NCBI GenBank assembly: GCA_021813385.1
Contig: JAKAKT010000100.1
Span: 1 to 59,636 of the forward strand
DNA from: Candidatus Micrarchaeota archaeon
GTDB taxonomy: Archaea; Micrarchaeota; Micrarchaeia; Burarchaeales; JAKAKT01
Direction: 5' to 3'
Length of the DNA stretch: 59,636 bases
How positions within the stretch are numbered: the stretch's first letter is position 1; each line of letters opens with the position of its first letter. Positions 1 through 9,196 of the stretch are shown piece by piece. A model generated the notes under the pieces. The model ran no database searches, was not told the origin of the DNA, and worked only from the letters and a program-made list of their open reading frames with translations. Position numbers and translations under genes: made by a program.

Positions 1-141
1 GCCGAGGCTGCCGGCCTCGTCCGATATCCGGAATGGATAAAAACCGAGAAGCAGAGGCTCGAGTATCTCCTTCGAGAGGCGACTTATTTTTTGTTATCGT
101 TCATCTCCCGAGAACTGGGACAGAACCTTAACAAAAACTAA
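1..141 (+). CDS. Possible 3' end of a gene truncated by the window edge, product unknown
   Basis: Frame 1 is open from base 1 to TAA at 139-141 (AEAAGLVRYPEW...QNLNKN*). No motif recognised. Confidence 0.3.
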   Translation, partial: AEAAGLVRYPEWIKTEKQRLEYLLREATYFLLSFISRELGQNLNKN

Positions 142-182
142 GCGGAAAGCTTAAATAGGACAGAGAATTATAATGGAAACTC

Positions 183-800
183 GTGTTCAGGGTTCCTAAG
201 GTGCACCTATCCTTTCCTTTCAAAAAGGGAGCCGTGGGCATTGGAACGCTGATTATCTTCATTGCCATGGTGCTCGTGGCAGCCATCGCCGCTGCAGTGC
301 TGATAAGTACGTCCGGGATATTACAGCAAAGGGCGATGGCCACCGGCAAAGAGTCCATAGCCCAGGTTTCTTCCAACCTGGTGGTAGTCTCGATAACGGG
401 ATACACCAACTCAAACCTGACAGACTTAGACAATATGAGTGTCGCAATAACCGCTGCATCAGGTGCAGGCAGGATTGACGTGCGCTACCTAATACTCCGA
501 ATCTCCAATTCAGAGAATGAAACATATCTCGGTTACTCCTCAGGCAACCTATCAAACGGAACTTTCACGGCAAACACATTACGGGATCCGAGCAACCTGT
601 TCACTGCTTCCACGCCCGTCATAGACTCCTCATCATTAATCAGACTCTGGTTCCTTACATCATCGCAGACCCCCCAACTTACCCTTCCCCCTAGAATGAG
701 GATGCATCTTGAGCTAATACCCGAGCATGGAGCAACGATAACGATAGATACTATTATGCCAGCCTCGTTTTCTTCTTCAGTAGTAAACGTATACCCATAA
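183..800 (+). CDS. arlB: Archaellin (archaeal flagellin)
   Basis: Class III signal KKG|[25 protein letters not shown], conserved LQQRAMATG and C-terminal [11 protein letters not shown] start, exact start uncertain. Confidence 0.95.
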   Translation: MFRVPKVHLSFPFKKGAVGIGTLIIFIAMVLVAAIAAAVLISTSGILQQRAMATGKESIAQVSSNLVVVSITGYTNSNLTDLDNMSVAITAASGAGRIDVRYLILRISNSENETYLGYSSGNLSNGTFTANTLRDPSNLFTASTPVIDSSSLIRLWFLTSSQTPQLTLPPRMRMHLELIPEHGATITIDTIMPASFSSSVVNVYP

Positions 801-1040
801 ACGCCCAGTTTGTATCCCGAAGATTGCGACTTCTTGAGCATTCATGGGTACAGCAAATCGCAAAAACCTGAATCATCAACAAAGTGAAAACCAGCCCTCT
901 TCGAACAGAATCTGACTGCCAGAAGAGTTCTTTTCTTAGTCGAGATGCAGGGGCCTAGCCAACCAATAACCCAATGATTTACAGAGCCGGTTTAAAGTAA
1001 CATATTTTAAATACGGCTAGCCTTGTAATACCTGGTTCAC

Positions 1041-1736
1041 ATGGGAATCATGCAGGGGTTTAAAATACCGCGGGATGAGCTAGACAAAAAACTCGGAGGA
1101 GGGTTCCCCAGCGGCTCTCTCGTTTTAATAGATGGTGAGCACGGAAGCGGGAAAAGCGTATTGCTCCAGAGAATCGCTTTCGGCCTGCTTGAGAATGGCC
1201 AAAGTGTCACCTACCTCTCAACCCAACTGACAACACGGGATTTCATAAGCCAGATGTATTCGCTCAATTTCCCGGTATTGCCGTACTTGGCTTCCAACAA
1301 ACTTTTGTTCATCTCCGTTTATCCGCTCATTTCCGAAACAAAGCATGGCGACTTCTTTTTCACCAAGCTTATGGAAACAAGGGAATTGTATAACAATGAT
1401 ATCCTGATGGTTGACACGTTGTCTTCAATAATAAAATACAACAAGGACAATCAGAAACTATCGGACCTGATAGGCTTCTTCAAGAGAATAACTGGAACAG
1501 GAAAGACAATCGCCCTCGCAGTCAATAATGCCGACTTGGACGAAGATACCCTCAGCGTGCTCAAGTCAAGCGCCCACATATATATCTCAACCAAGCAAAA
1601 GACAGTTGGGGACAAGATAAAGCAGTCAATAGTGGTCAATAAATACCTGAGCGCCCAGGACCCTTATACGACCATAACCAACTTCCGCATAGTCCCCAAG
1701 ATAGGATTTATAATCGAGATTTCCTCAATCTCTTAG
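1041..1736 (+). CDS. arlH: Archaellum RecA/KaiC-type ATP-binding protein
   Basis: ELDKKLGGGFPSGS, Walker A GEHGSGKS, C-terminal FRIVPKIGFIIEI, next to archaellins. Confidence 0.92.
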   Translation: MGIMQGFKIPRDELDKKLGGGFPSGSLVLIDGEHGSGKSVLLQRIAFGLLENGQSVTYLSTQLTTRDFISQMYSLNFPVLPYLASNKLLFISVYPLISETKHGDFFFTKLMETRELYNNDILMVDTLSSIIKYNKDNQKLSDLIGFFKRITGTGKTIALAVNNADLDEDTLSVLKSSAHIYISTKQKTVGDKIKQSIVVNKYLSAQDPYTTITNFRIVPKIGFIIEISSIS

Positions 1737-2043
1737 CGGCCTGCCAGCGCATCTCTTTATTTTAATGTCCAACATGCCTCGCAAATGATGAATATCGTGT
1801 GCAAATAAAATAATAAACAGTTAAATCCAGAAAAAAAATTGAAATATAGCAAAAAAGAAATAAAATTGGAGATATTCTTTTGAAAACACTGAAAAATACG
1901 ACAGAATAGCCGTGGCAGCGCCATCTACGTCGAAAATCTTCTTCTAATAATCGTGCAAACTTCCATTTTTTTTTAAAAATTTGCCCAAAACGAACAAAAT
2001 TACCAAAAATTGGTTGAAATGCCTTTTTTCGAAAAACTCCTCG

Positions 2044-2061
2044 ACCGAAACCTTTATAAAT
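2044..2061 (+). promoter_or_regulatory. BRE + TATA promoter of the pilin gene
   Basis: ACCGAAACCTTTATAAAT, 17/18 identical to the element at 2994-3011. Confidence 0.65.
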
Positions 2062-2139
2062 CAACATAATCAAAGAAATTTTGCGACGGTATTCACGATG
2101 ATGCCGCGTATATATGCATATATATGAGGTGATTGGGGT

Positions 2140-2748
2140 ATGAAAATGAAAAAAGGACAAGGCGCATTCGAATACATGATGAGTTACGGATGGGCCGTAT
2201 TGGTCATAGTGGTCCTTGCGGTGGTTCTCTGGAATCTAGGTGTATTCAATCCATCGCAGGCAACGCAGGCAACGGGTTTCTCAGTCATAAGGCCCGTAGC
2301 ATGGAACTTCCAGGGCGCTGGGTTTGGTGGGTCTAACAACCTCTACGTTTCCAACGCCACAGTAGCTTTCTCCAATATTGCAGGAGTTGACCTAACCCTT
2401 GCAATCAACGGGACGAGAAACTCGAACACAACCATTATCAAGTTCTCGAAGCCAGGTGCCGCCCTCTGTGGCTGGTACAATAACACGGCCGTTGTGGACG
2501 AGGTAGGAAACACAGTGTCCGTAACCTGGGACAGCGCGAACAACTACGGCAAGATTGGTCTTCCAGCTGGGAAGCAGGCCGTCGTGACTGGTCTCATAAC
2601 CGGTCCGGGCGGGATATCCGACACCAGCACAACCTGTGGAGGCCCAAGCGGTGGTGGATACAGGTATACGATCGCGTACCAGACAGCACTGGATCAGTAT
2701 AGCATCCAGCACTCTGACTCGGGTACGGTGACAGGAAAGTTCCAGTAA
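2140..2748 (+). CDS. Type IV pilin-like protein with class III signal peptide
   Basis: MKMKKG|QGAFEYMMSYGWAVLVIVVLAVVLWNLGVF (Q+1, E+5, hydrophobic helix). Several N-x-S/T sequons and two Cys. Confidence 0.85.
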   Translation: MKMKKGQGAFEYMMSYGWAVLVIVVLAVVLWNLGVFNPSQATQATGFSVIRPVAWNFQGAGFGGSNNLYVSNATVAFSNIAGVDLTLAINGTRNSNTTIIKFSKPGAALCGWYNNTAVVDEVGNTVSVTWDSANNYGKIGLPAGKQAVVTGLITGPGGISDTSTTCGGPSGGGYRYTIAYQTALDQYSIQHSDSGTVTGKFQ

Positions 2749-2993
2749 ACAAACGAACAGTGGGGCTGTCATGGCCCCACATTCATTTATTTTATCTTTA
2801 AGCTCTTGTTTTTGTTTTCTGCGAAAAATACTTACAAAAAAACTATTATTTTAATTAAAACCCAATAATAAAATAAAAAAGCAAACATTTTATTTTATCG
2901 TCGAAATAATTATTAAGATTTCTAGCAATTTAGCTAAATTATAGTTTAATTTCACCCAAATCAGTTTTTTTTCTTGAAAATGACATTTTTCTC

Positions 2994-3011
2994 ACCGAAA
3001 ACTTTATAAAT
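2994..3011 (+). promoter_or_regulatory. BRE + TATA promoter of the archaellin pair
   Basis: ACCGAAAACTTTATAAAT about 50 nt upstream of the GGAGGGG RBS and the ATG at 3064. Confidence 0.65.
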
Positions 3012-3063
3012 GCGGCAAAGTAAGAGGTTTAACGTCGGTTACACTCCATCCGGAGGGGATATT

Positions 3064-3648
3064 ATGAATGTGAAAACAAAGAAAGGCGCCGTGGGCATTG
3101 GAACACTGATTATCTTCATTGCCATGGTGCTCGTGGCAGCCATCGCCGCTGCAGTGCTGATAAACGTGTCAGGAATCCTGCAGCAGAAATCAATGGCAAC
3201 AGGGAAAGAGGCCATTGAGCAAGTCTCAGGAAACCTCATAGTTGTGAGCATAAGGGGCAACACAGGCAGCCTGATAAATATCATCAGCCTGAACCTGACG
3301 ATTACAGCAGCAGCAGGAGCGGGCAGGGTCGACTTGAGCCAGCTCGTCTTGAAAGTCGGAAACAACAACAACCAGAGCACATTGACTTACACTGCCCAAT
3401 CTGCTAGCGCAACAAGGTTCAATGCGACTGAAATAAGAGACCCGTCAAGCCTCTTCACCGCAGACACCCCAGTGATTGACGGTTCGGCTCTCGTGCAGCT
3501 TAATATTGACCTTAATGGAACCAACGTTAACCTGCCAGTGAGGACACAATATCACATAGAGCTGATTCCGGAGAGAGGAGCCTCGACAGTGATAGACGGG
3601 GTGACCAGTGCGTCTTACTCATCGCAAATCCAGCAGCTATATCCGTGA
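3064..3648 (+). CDS. arlB: Archaellin
   Basis: KKG|[26 protein letters not shown]. Start moved to ATG 3064 on the basis of the RBS and identity with the paralog at 3711. Confidence 0.96.
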   Translation: MNVKTKKGAVGIGTLIIFIAMVLVAAIAAAVLINVSGILQQKSMATGKEAIEQVSGNLIVVSIRGNTGSLINIISLNLTITAAAGAGRVDLSQLVLKVGNNNNQSTLTYTAQSASATRFNATEIRDPSSLFTADTPVIDGSALVQLNIDLNGTNVNLPVRTQYHIELIPERGASTVIDGVTSASYSSQIQQLYP

Positions 3649-3710
3649 GCTTTTTTCTTTTTTCTTTTGTTTTTTAGTATTTTAATATAATAGTTCAAAG
3701 GGGGGATATT

Positions 3711-4301
3711 ATGAATGTGAAAACAAAGAAAGGCGCCGTGGGCATTGGAACGCTGATTATCTTCATTGCCATGGTGCTCGTGGCAGCCATCGCCGCTGCA
3801 GTGCTGATAAACGTGTCAGGAATCCTGCAGCAGAAATCAATGGCAACAGGAAAAGAGGCCATTGAGCAAGTCTCAGGTAACCTGGTCGTTGTTAGCATAA
3901 GGGGCGACACAGATACAGGAAGAATAAACATAGCAGGTATGAACCTGTCGATTACAGCAGCAGCAGGAGCGGGCAGGGTCGACTTGAGCCAGCTCGTCTT
4001 GAAAGTCGGAAACAGCAACAACCAGAGCACACTGACCTACTCAAGTGGCACACCAGTCGATGCGACCCACTTCACAGCATATGAGGTAAGGGACCCGACA
4101 AACCTCTTCACCGCAGCAACTCCGGTGATTGACGGTTCGGCTCTTGTGACGCTTAATGTCAACCTCTCAGCAACCACGGTTTACCTGCCAGTGAGGACAC
4201 AGTACCACGTAGAGCTGATTCCGGAGAGGGGGGCGCCGACAGTGATAGATGGAGTAACGGCATCCTCGTACTCGACGACAATACAACAGCTATACCCGTA
4301 G
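3711..4301 (+). CDS. arlB: Archaellin (tandem paralog)
   Basis: Same N-terminus as the 3064 gene; C-terminal VELIPERG...QQLYP. Confidence 0.96.
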   Translation: MNVKTKKGAVGIGTLIIFIAMVLVAAIAAAVLINVSGILQQKSMATGKEAIEQVSGNLVVVSIRGDTDTGRINIAGMNLSITAAAGAGRVDLSQLVLKVGNSNNQSTLTYSSGTPVDATHFTAYEVRDPTNLFTAATPVIDGSALVTLNVNLSATTVYLPVRTQYHVELIPERGAPTVIDGVTASSYSTTIQQLYP

Positions 4302-4322
4302 CGTCCCCATTTTTTGGGTTTC

Positions 4323-4381
4323 TGGAATTTGCAAAATTCCAACTGGCACGGCAAAGTTCTCTTGAACTTTGCCTAATGCCA
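4323..4381. repeat. Two adjacent inverted repeats between the archaellin and arlC (possible terminator or mRNA-stabilising element)
   Basis: TGGAATTT-gca-AAATTCCA (4323-4341) and GGCAAAGTTC-tctt-GAACTTTGCC (4350-4373), the second closed by TGGCA/TGCCA. Confidence 0.65.
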
Positions 4382-4400
4382 AGTCCCAGGGGGTTCGCTA

Positions 4401-5054
4401 ATGTTTGACATCGGCAAAAGCATCGAGAGCATCACGAAACAACTACCCTTTGGGTTAGGCAAGGCATCTAAAAAGCAAGAGCCAGCAGCAGGGCAGCAAG
4501 CACCGGCGCAAGGGGAGCAATCCCCCACTCCCGATACCGGTCAAATCGAAATAGGGGTAGTTCAGGAATCTTCTTTTGACAATGCCCAAATTGAGGATAT
4601 GAAGAAGCAGATGGCATTGGCTACTGAGCGAGTGGCTGAGATGGAAGCGAGGGTGCTTAAAACCGAACGGCTTGCCGAAGCAGTAAAGAAAGAGAACGAG
4701 ATGCTCAAAGGCCGTATGGACCAGACGGACTCCAGAATTCTTGACATGCTCTCGGTTTACGAAGTAGTTTCGAACCAAATAAACCCGTTTGTTGGTTCTT
4801 CAAAAGTAATCAGTTCTACCATGGAGCAGATTCAGGAGGAGCTTAACTCCCTCAAAACGCAAGTTTCGACCATGAGTGCTGACCTGAAGATACTTTCGCG
4901 AGGAAAAATCGACATTAGCCGCCTTGTTCGCTCTTCAGTTAGTGATGTAGACGAGAAACGGCGGGTAGACCTGACAAAACTTATCCGGTCTGCTGTGCAA
5001 ACCAAGAAGACCGTTAGGGCAAAAAAAGGTAATGAACTTGAGTTCGGACCATGA
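4401..5054 (+). CDS. arlC: Archaellum accessory protein C-like
   Basis: Coiled coil followed by the FlaC-type motif LSVYEVVSNQINPF. Confidence 0.82.
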   Translation: MFDIGKSIESITKQLPFGLGKASKKQEPAAGQQAPAQGEQSPTPDTGQIEIGVVQESSFDNAQIEDMKKQMALATERVAEMEARVLKTERLAEAVKKENEMLKGRMDQTDSRILDMLSVYEVVSNQINPFVGSSKVISSTMEQIQEELNSLKTQVSTMSADLKILSRGKIDISRLVRSSVSDVDEKRRVDLTKLIRSAVQTKKTVRAKKGNELEFGP

Positions 5055-5910
5055 AGGAACAAGCGGGGCGCCAGCACAAGGGCCATCCCTTACTTCAGAG
5101 CAGATAAAGGCCAAGCTCTCTCTTTACGTAGGGTCACTTCCTTCAACAGTTATTGAGGACTTGTTCCAAACACTCAAGCCAATGGGTCTTCCAGAACAGA
5201 AAGTGGATGAAATAATACAGAGAACCATCAAATCCTATACGGGCCAGGAATCAACTTCCCGCATGGATGAACTTGTGGAAAAGATGAACAACCTGGAAGA
5301 TACCCTCATCCGGGCACTCAAGTCAATGGAAACGAGGCAGGAACGCGCACCTGAACCCGAACCATCTCCGGAGCCAGCACCGTTGCCTCGACAAGCCCAG
5401 CAAGCAATGGATTATCCGGAGCCAGAGCAAAAACAGACCAATAATTATGATTATAACCGAGACCCAGCGGAGAGAGCGCCAAAGCAGCGCAAGAAAGAAG
5501 AGGAGGACGAGGACTTCAACTGGTTGGATGACGAGCAATCAGAGGAAATCGCTCAAGGGCACAGGATTCTCCTTCCTGACATCGCAGACAGCGCCATAGC
5601 GAACGCAGTGCTCTTAAAATGGGTCGAGTTCCTACTCGAGACAGTCGGGCACCAGAACCTTCCGGAAGTCCTTGACTATTACGTTGACATAGGCTGGATA
5701 AGCGAAAAAGTTACGATGAAGCTCCTGGCATACGCCAGCGGCATGGTCGCCCCAAGGGGCAGGGCTAAGGAGAAACTTTCAACAAAGGACCACCTCCGCT
5801 CCCTTCTCTTCATCGAGAAACTGCGAGGCCGTGCTTTTGACCAGAGCAAGCTGACCCGCCTCGAGCGGGAGATAGAATATACCATAGAAAAACGAATCCG
5901 CCACGATTGA
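5032..5910 (+). CDS. arlD: Archaellum accessory protein D/E-like
   Basis: C-terminal FlaD/E domain: WVEFLLETVG, LDYYVDIGWISE, LSTKDHLRSLLFIEKL. Acidic/Pro-rich linker. Confidence 0.87.
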   Translation: MNLSSDHEGTSGAPAQGPSLTSEQIKAKLSLYVGSLPSTVIEDLFQTLKPMGLPEQKVDEIIQRTIKSYTGQESTSRMDELVEKMNNLEDTLIRALKSMETRQERAPEPEPSPEPAPLPRQAQQAMDYPEPEQKQTNNYDYNRDPAERAPKQRKKEEEDEDFNWLDDEQSEEIAQGHRILLPDIADSAIANAVLLKWVEFLLETVGHQNLPEVLDYYVDIGWISEKVTMKLLAYASGMVAPRGRAKEKLSTKDHLRSLLFIEKLRGRAFDQSKLTRLEREIEYTIEKRIRHD

Positions 5911-5914
5911 CGCT

Positions 5915-6010
5915 ACGGGGGCTGCGCCGGACTCCCCCTTCCCAAGACCACATTGGGTGCGCCCGGCGCCCCCGGTTCATTTCTGGGCCGCGGGGGTTCT
6001 CCCCCCGGCT
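5915..6010. repeat. GC-rich intergenic hairpin cluster between convergent genes
   Basis: GGGGG...CCCCC stems, e.g. GGGGGctgcgccggactCCCCC and GGGGGttctCCCCC. Confidence 0.4.
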
Positions 6011-6052
6011 TCAGAATGGTTCCATCTTATTCTTGGATCCTGAGAAAGTAGC

Positions 6053-7294
6053 TCATTCCTCAGGCCCGTTAATAGTCCTCTTCATCTCTTCAATATCATA
6101 CGCATGGCCTATCGTACCCTTGTCATCATCCACCGCCCCCCACTTTCTCGAAGTTGCAACTGTTTCTACCCTAGGGGGCTTCTTACCCTCGAGCTTGCTA
6201 GAGGCAATTCCTGCGAAAATACCGCTCAAGACCAGCATCGGGAGGGTGATGGACAATAGCTTAGATGCAATTCCGAGCCCCCCGGCTAATGCCATCTGCA
6301 CGATGATGGCCGCTGAGAGGCCCTTTGGGGCAAGTCCCGCCAGCCAGAAATTGAATCCCTCGTCTTCCAGCGAGAACTTTATCGAAACTGTCCTCAATAC
6401 CAGTACGATGACCCACAGTAAGGCTCCAGTCAAAACGAGACCGGAGTCAGCACCTGATACCGAAAGGCCCGTATAAAAGAAGAAGAAAGTCCCACCGGCC
6501 ATAAGGACATCCTCCTGAAATTTCAGCAAGCCCTCGAATTTTGCCTTTGCCTTGAGCAATCCCGCGTTTCCCATCGCGAGGCCGAAGAAAAATGCGCTTA
6601 TCATCCCGCTGTTTGGGAATATCACCTCACAAAGGGCAGCTATCCCGAGCACAATCGAAAGAGTAAGTGCGTCCCTGTGCGGGAAATCCGAGGCAAAGCG
6701 CATGAGCCTAACCCACACAATCCCGGCAAGGAGGCCGAAGACTAGCCCGAAAGCGAAAGCTTGAACTACCGAAACACCAGACGAGAGCCCATAGACGGTG
6801 AGTGCCAGAATGACAACAACCGCCTCGGTGAGAGAACTCTCGAGCATAATCCCATCAGCCACGCCATCGGCCAGATTCACTTCATCCGTTATGTGGAACA
6901 CGAAAAACGAACAGATGCTCGCCCCGATGGCCCCAACCAAAAGGGCCCCGCGGAAGTCGAACCCGAGGAAGACATGCGAAAACGCCCCAATGGCGAGCAG
7001 GGTTATGGGGATTGTGATGAAAGAGAGCCGCACAGAATGGGCATACGCCGCGATTCCGCGCAAATTCAGTTTGAGCCCGCAACTGAAAAGAATCGAACCC
7101 AAAAGTATGGGCGCTGCCAGAGTCACAGTTTCGAGAAGAGCCCCGGGCATCTTGCTCCCAAGAATAGAGAGGGCTGCTCCGAGTATCACGAACAGGGTCC
7201 CTGGCGGGAACCGCGTCAACCTGAAAACCGCCCAGCTCACGAAAACCAGTGCAATCGCAGAAGCGACTATTGCGAATACCTCGAAAGCGCCCAT
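6053..7294 (-). CDS. Cation:proton antiporter (CPA1/NhaP-like)
   Basis: About 12 hydrophobic segments; LFSCGLKL, LESSLTE (LESxxND-like), SGMISAF and APKGLSA motifs. Confidence 0.8.
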   Translation of the reverse strand: MGAFEVFAIVASAIALVFVSWAVFRLTRFPPGTLFVILGAALSILGSKMPGALLETVTLAAPILLGSILFSCGLKLNLRGIAAYAHSVRLSFITIPITLLAIGAFSHVFLGFDFRGALLVGAIGASICSFFVFHITDEVNLADGVADGIMLESSLTEAVVVILALTVYGLSSGVSVVQAFAFGLVFGLLAGIVWVRLMRFASDFPHRDALTLSIVLGIAALCEVIFPNSGMISAFFFGLAMGNAGLLKAKAKFEGLLKFQEDVLMAGGTFFFFYTGLSVSGADSGLVLTGALLWVIVLVLRTVSIKFSLEDEGFNFWLAGLAPKGLSAAIIVQMALAGGLGIASKLLSITLPMLVLSGIFAGIASSKLEGKKPPRVETVATSRKWGAVDDDKGTIGHAYDIEEMKRTINGPEE

Positions 7295-7351
7295 TAATTA
7301 GGCTTTTGCAAAAAGTATTAATAAGCGTTAATCAGCCCGTCAAAATGCCCT

Positions 7352-7540
7352 TAAGCCAGTGCAAAATTAAACGGCGCTCGCATCGCAATTTTTTCCTGCG
7401 GGAAAAAATGCGCATTTTTTTGTTCGACAAAAAAATTGCGGCAATTGGCGGCAGCTCCCTCGAGGGAGCTGTCCGCGCACCGAGCGCGGATTCGAACCGC
7501 GCCCTGCAAGCGCTACGAGGTAAAATGCACAGGCCCCCCT
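7352..7540 (-). ncRNA. Candidate structured ncRNA with a tRNA-like T arm
   Basis: Minus strand has nested terminal helices GGCCuGUGCA/UGCACuGGCU and GCGCUUGCA/UGCGAGCGC, T arm GGGCGCGG-UUCGAAU-CCGCGCUC and further hairpins. TATA-like TTATATATAAA lies upstream at 7555-7565. Confidence 0.5.
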
Positions 7541-7609
7541 TAACAATGCAAAGATTTATATATAAGTATAAACAATTGTTAACCATCTCGTTTCTACGGA
7601 GGTGTAAAC

Positions 7610-7975
7610 ATGAAAGTACCATGCCAAATAACACAATGGTATCTTCTCCCGGCTATAAGCGCGGAGATGGTTAAGGAGTTGAAGAAGAACGGCGTAAAGC
7701 AGGCTGAGATAGCGAGGCTCTTGGGGGTAACGCCAGCCGCGGTTTCACAATACGTGAAAGGGAAGCGCGGAAAAAGAGTTACGCTCCCGACGGAAATCCA
7801 GAAGAAGATTTCCGTCTCTGCAAGGAAAATCTCCACAAATGGGATTGCGGATGAGGAGCTCTCCCGTGAGATATGCGAGCTTTGCATACAGGCGAGAAAG
7901 GCCAGGGCAGTGTGCGAGTTCCACAAGAAGCTAGGCTACGCCGACAAGAACTGCACGCTTTGCACGGCGGTATAG
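7610..7975 (+). CDS. XRE-type HTH transcriptional regulator with Cys-rich C-terminus (COG2522-like)
   Basis: HTH QAEIARLLGVTPAAVSQYVKGKRG; N-terminal PC; C-terminal CELC...CEFH...CTLC. Confidence 0.85.
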   Translation: MKVPCQITQWYLLPAISAEMVKELKKNGVKQAEIARLLGVTPAAVSQYVKGKRGKRVTLPTEIQKKISVSARKISTNGIADEELSREICELCIQARKARAVCEFHKKLGYADKNCTLCTAV

Positions 7976-9196
7976 ATGAGCACGAGTCGCATCTACCTGG
8001 ACAATGCCGCGACCACGAAGGTCGACCCAAACGTCCTAGCCGAGATGCTGCCATATTTCTCAGATAAATACGGCAATGCCTCAAGCCCGCACTCTGCCGG
8101 CTCTGAAGCCAGGGAAGCTTTGGAGGAGTCACGAGCAAGGGTGGCAGCCCTCATAGGCGCAAGCCCGGAAGAGGTCATTTTCACTTCAGGCGGGACCGAA
8201 TCCGACAATCTCGCGATTTTTGGCGCAGCGATGAAGAAAGGCAAGGGCCACATAATAACTTCTTGCATCGAGCACCCGGCTGTCCTGAATTCCTGCGAAT
8301 ATTTGGAGAAGAATGGCTTTCAGGTTACTTACGCTCCGGCTGATTCAGACGGAATCGTGAAACTCGATGCCCTCGAGCGCTCAATCCGGCCAGGCACATT
8401 CCTTATCTCGGTGATGCAGGCGAACAACGAGATAGGCTCAATCCAGCCAATAAGAGAGATTTCGAACCTCGCGAAGGCGAAAGGGATTCTCGTTCATACG
8501 GATGCGGTCCAGTCTGCTGGAAAAATAGGCATTGATGTCAATTCCCTTGGCGTTGACATGCTTTCAATGTCCTCGCACAAGATACACGGCCCGAAAGGCG
8601 TTGGGGCGCTCTTCGTGAAGAAGGGAGTTCAGATTCTGCCAATTTCTCGAGGGGGCGGGCACGAGAAAGGCCTGCGCTCAGGGACTGAGAACGTTTCCGG
8701 AATAGTCGGCTTCGGGGCAGCTGCAAGGCTCGCGAAGGAAAGCATGGGCGAGATGGAGAGGGTAAAGAAGATGCGCGACAGGCTGATGGGCGGACTCCTG
8801 AAGGTTGAGGATACGTTGCTCAATGGCTCGAGAACCCAGCGCCTCCCGAACAACCTGAACATATCGTTTAAATTCATCGAGGGAGAGGGCCTTCTCCTCC
8901 TGCTTGACGCAGAAGGGATTTGCGTCTCTACTGGCTCCGCATGCTCTTCGAAATCCCTAAAGCCATCGCACGTCCTTCTCGCAATCGGGCGTTCCCCGGA
9001 GGATGCCCACGGCTCCCTCAGGTTAACGCTTTCAAAATTCAACTCCGATGGCGAGATGGGGAAAGTCCTAGATTCAGTCCCGAGAGCGGTCGAACGGCTC
9101 CGCTCAATGTCGCCCTTCAAATCCGATTCGCAAATGAAGCAGTTCTCAGATAAACACGCCACCCACGAGGATGATGAACATGCCGGCATACACTGA
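7976..9196 (+). CDS. iscS: Cysteine desulfurase (IscS/NifS)
   Basis: IYLDNAATT, FTSGGTESDN, PLP lysine SSHKIHGPKG, catalytic STGSACSS. Confidence 0.97.
   Translation: MSTSRIYLDNAATTKVDPNVLAEMLPYFSDKYGNASSPHSAGSEAREALEESRARVAALIGASPEEVIFTSGGTESDNLAIFGAAMKKGKGHIITSCIEHPAVLNSCEYLEKNGFQVTYAPADSDGIVKLDALERSIRPGTFLISVMQANNEIGSIQPIREISNLAKAKGILVHTDAVQSAGKIGIDVNSLGVDMLSMSSHKIHGPKGVGALFVKKGVQILPISRGGGHEKGLRSGTENVSGIVGFGAAARLAKESMGEMERVKKMRDRLMGGLLKVEDTLLNGSRTQRLPNNLNISFKFIEGEGLLLLLDAEGICVSTGSACSSKSLKPSHVLLAIGRSPEDAHGSLRLTLSKFNSDGEMGKVLDSVPRAVERLRSMSPFKSDSQMKQFSDKHATHEDDEHAGIH

Noticed and set aside
1762-2160. 132-aa minus-strand ORF
   Set aside because: Low-complexity Phe/Ile/Lys translation of an AT-rich promoter region.
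7478-7520. Standard, split or permuted tRNA gene suggested by GGTTCGAATCC on the minus strand
   Set aside because: No 7-bp acceptor partner for CTCGGTG, no U33-type anticodon loop and no BHB at the would-be junction. Kept only as a tRNA-mimic candidate.
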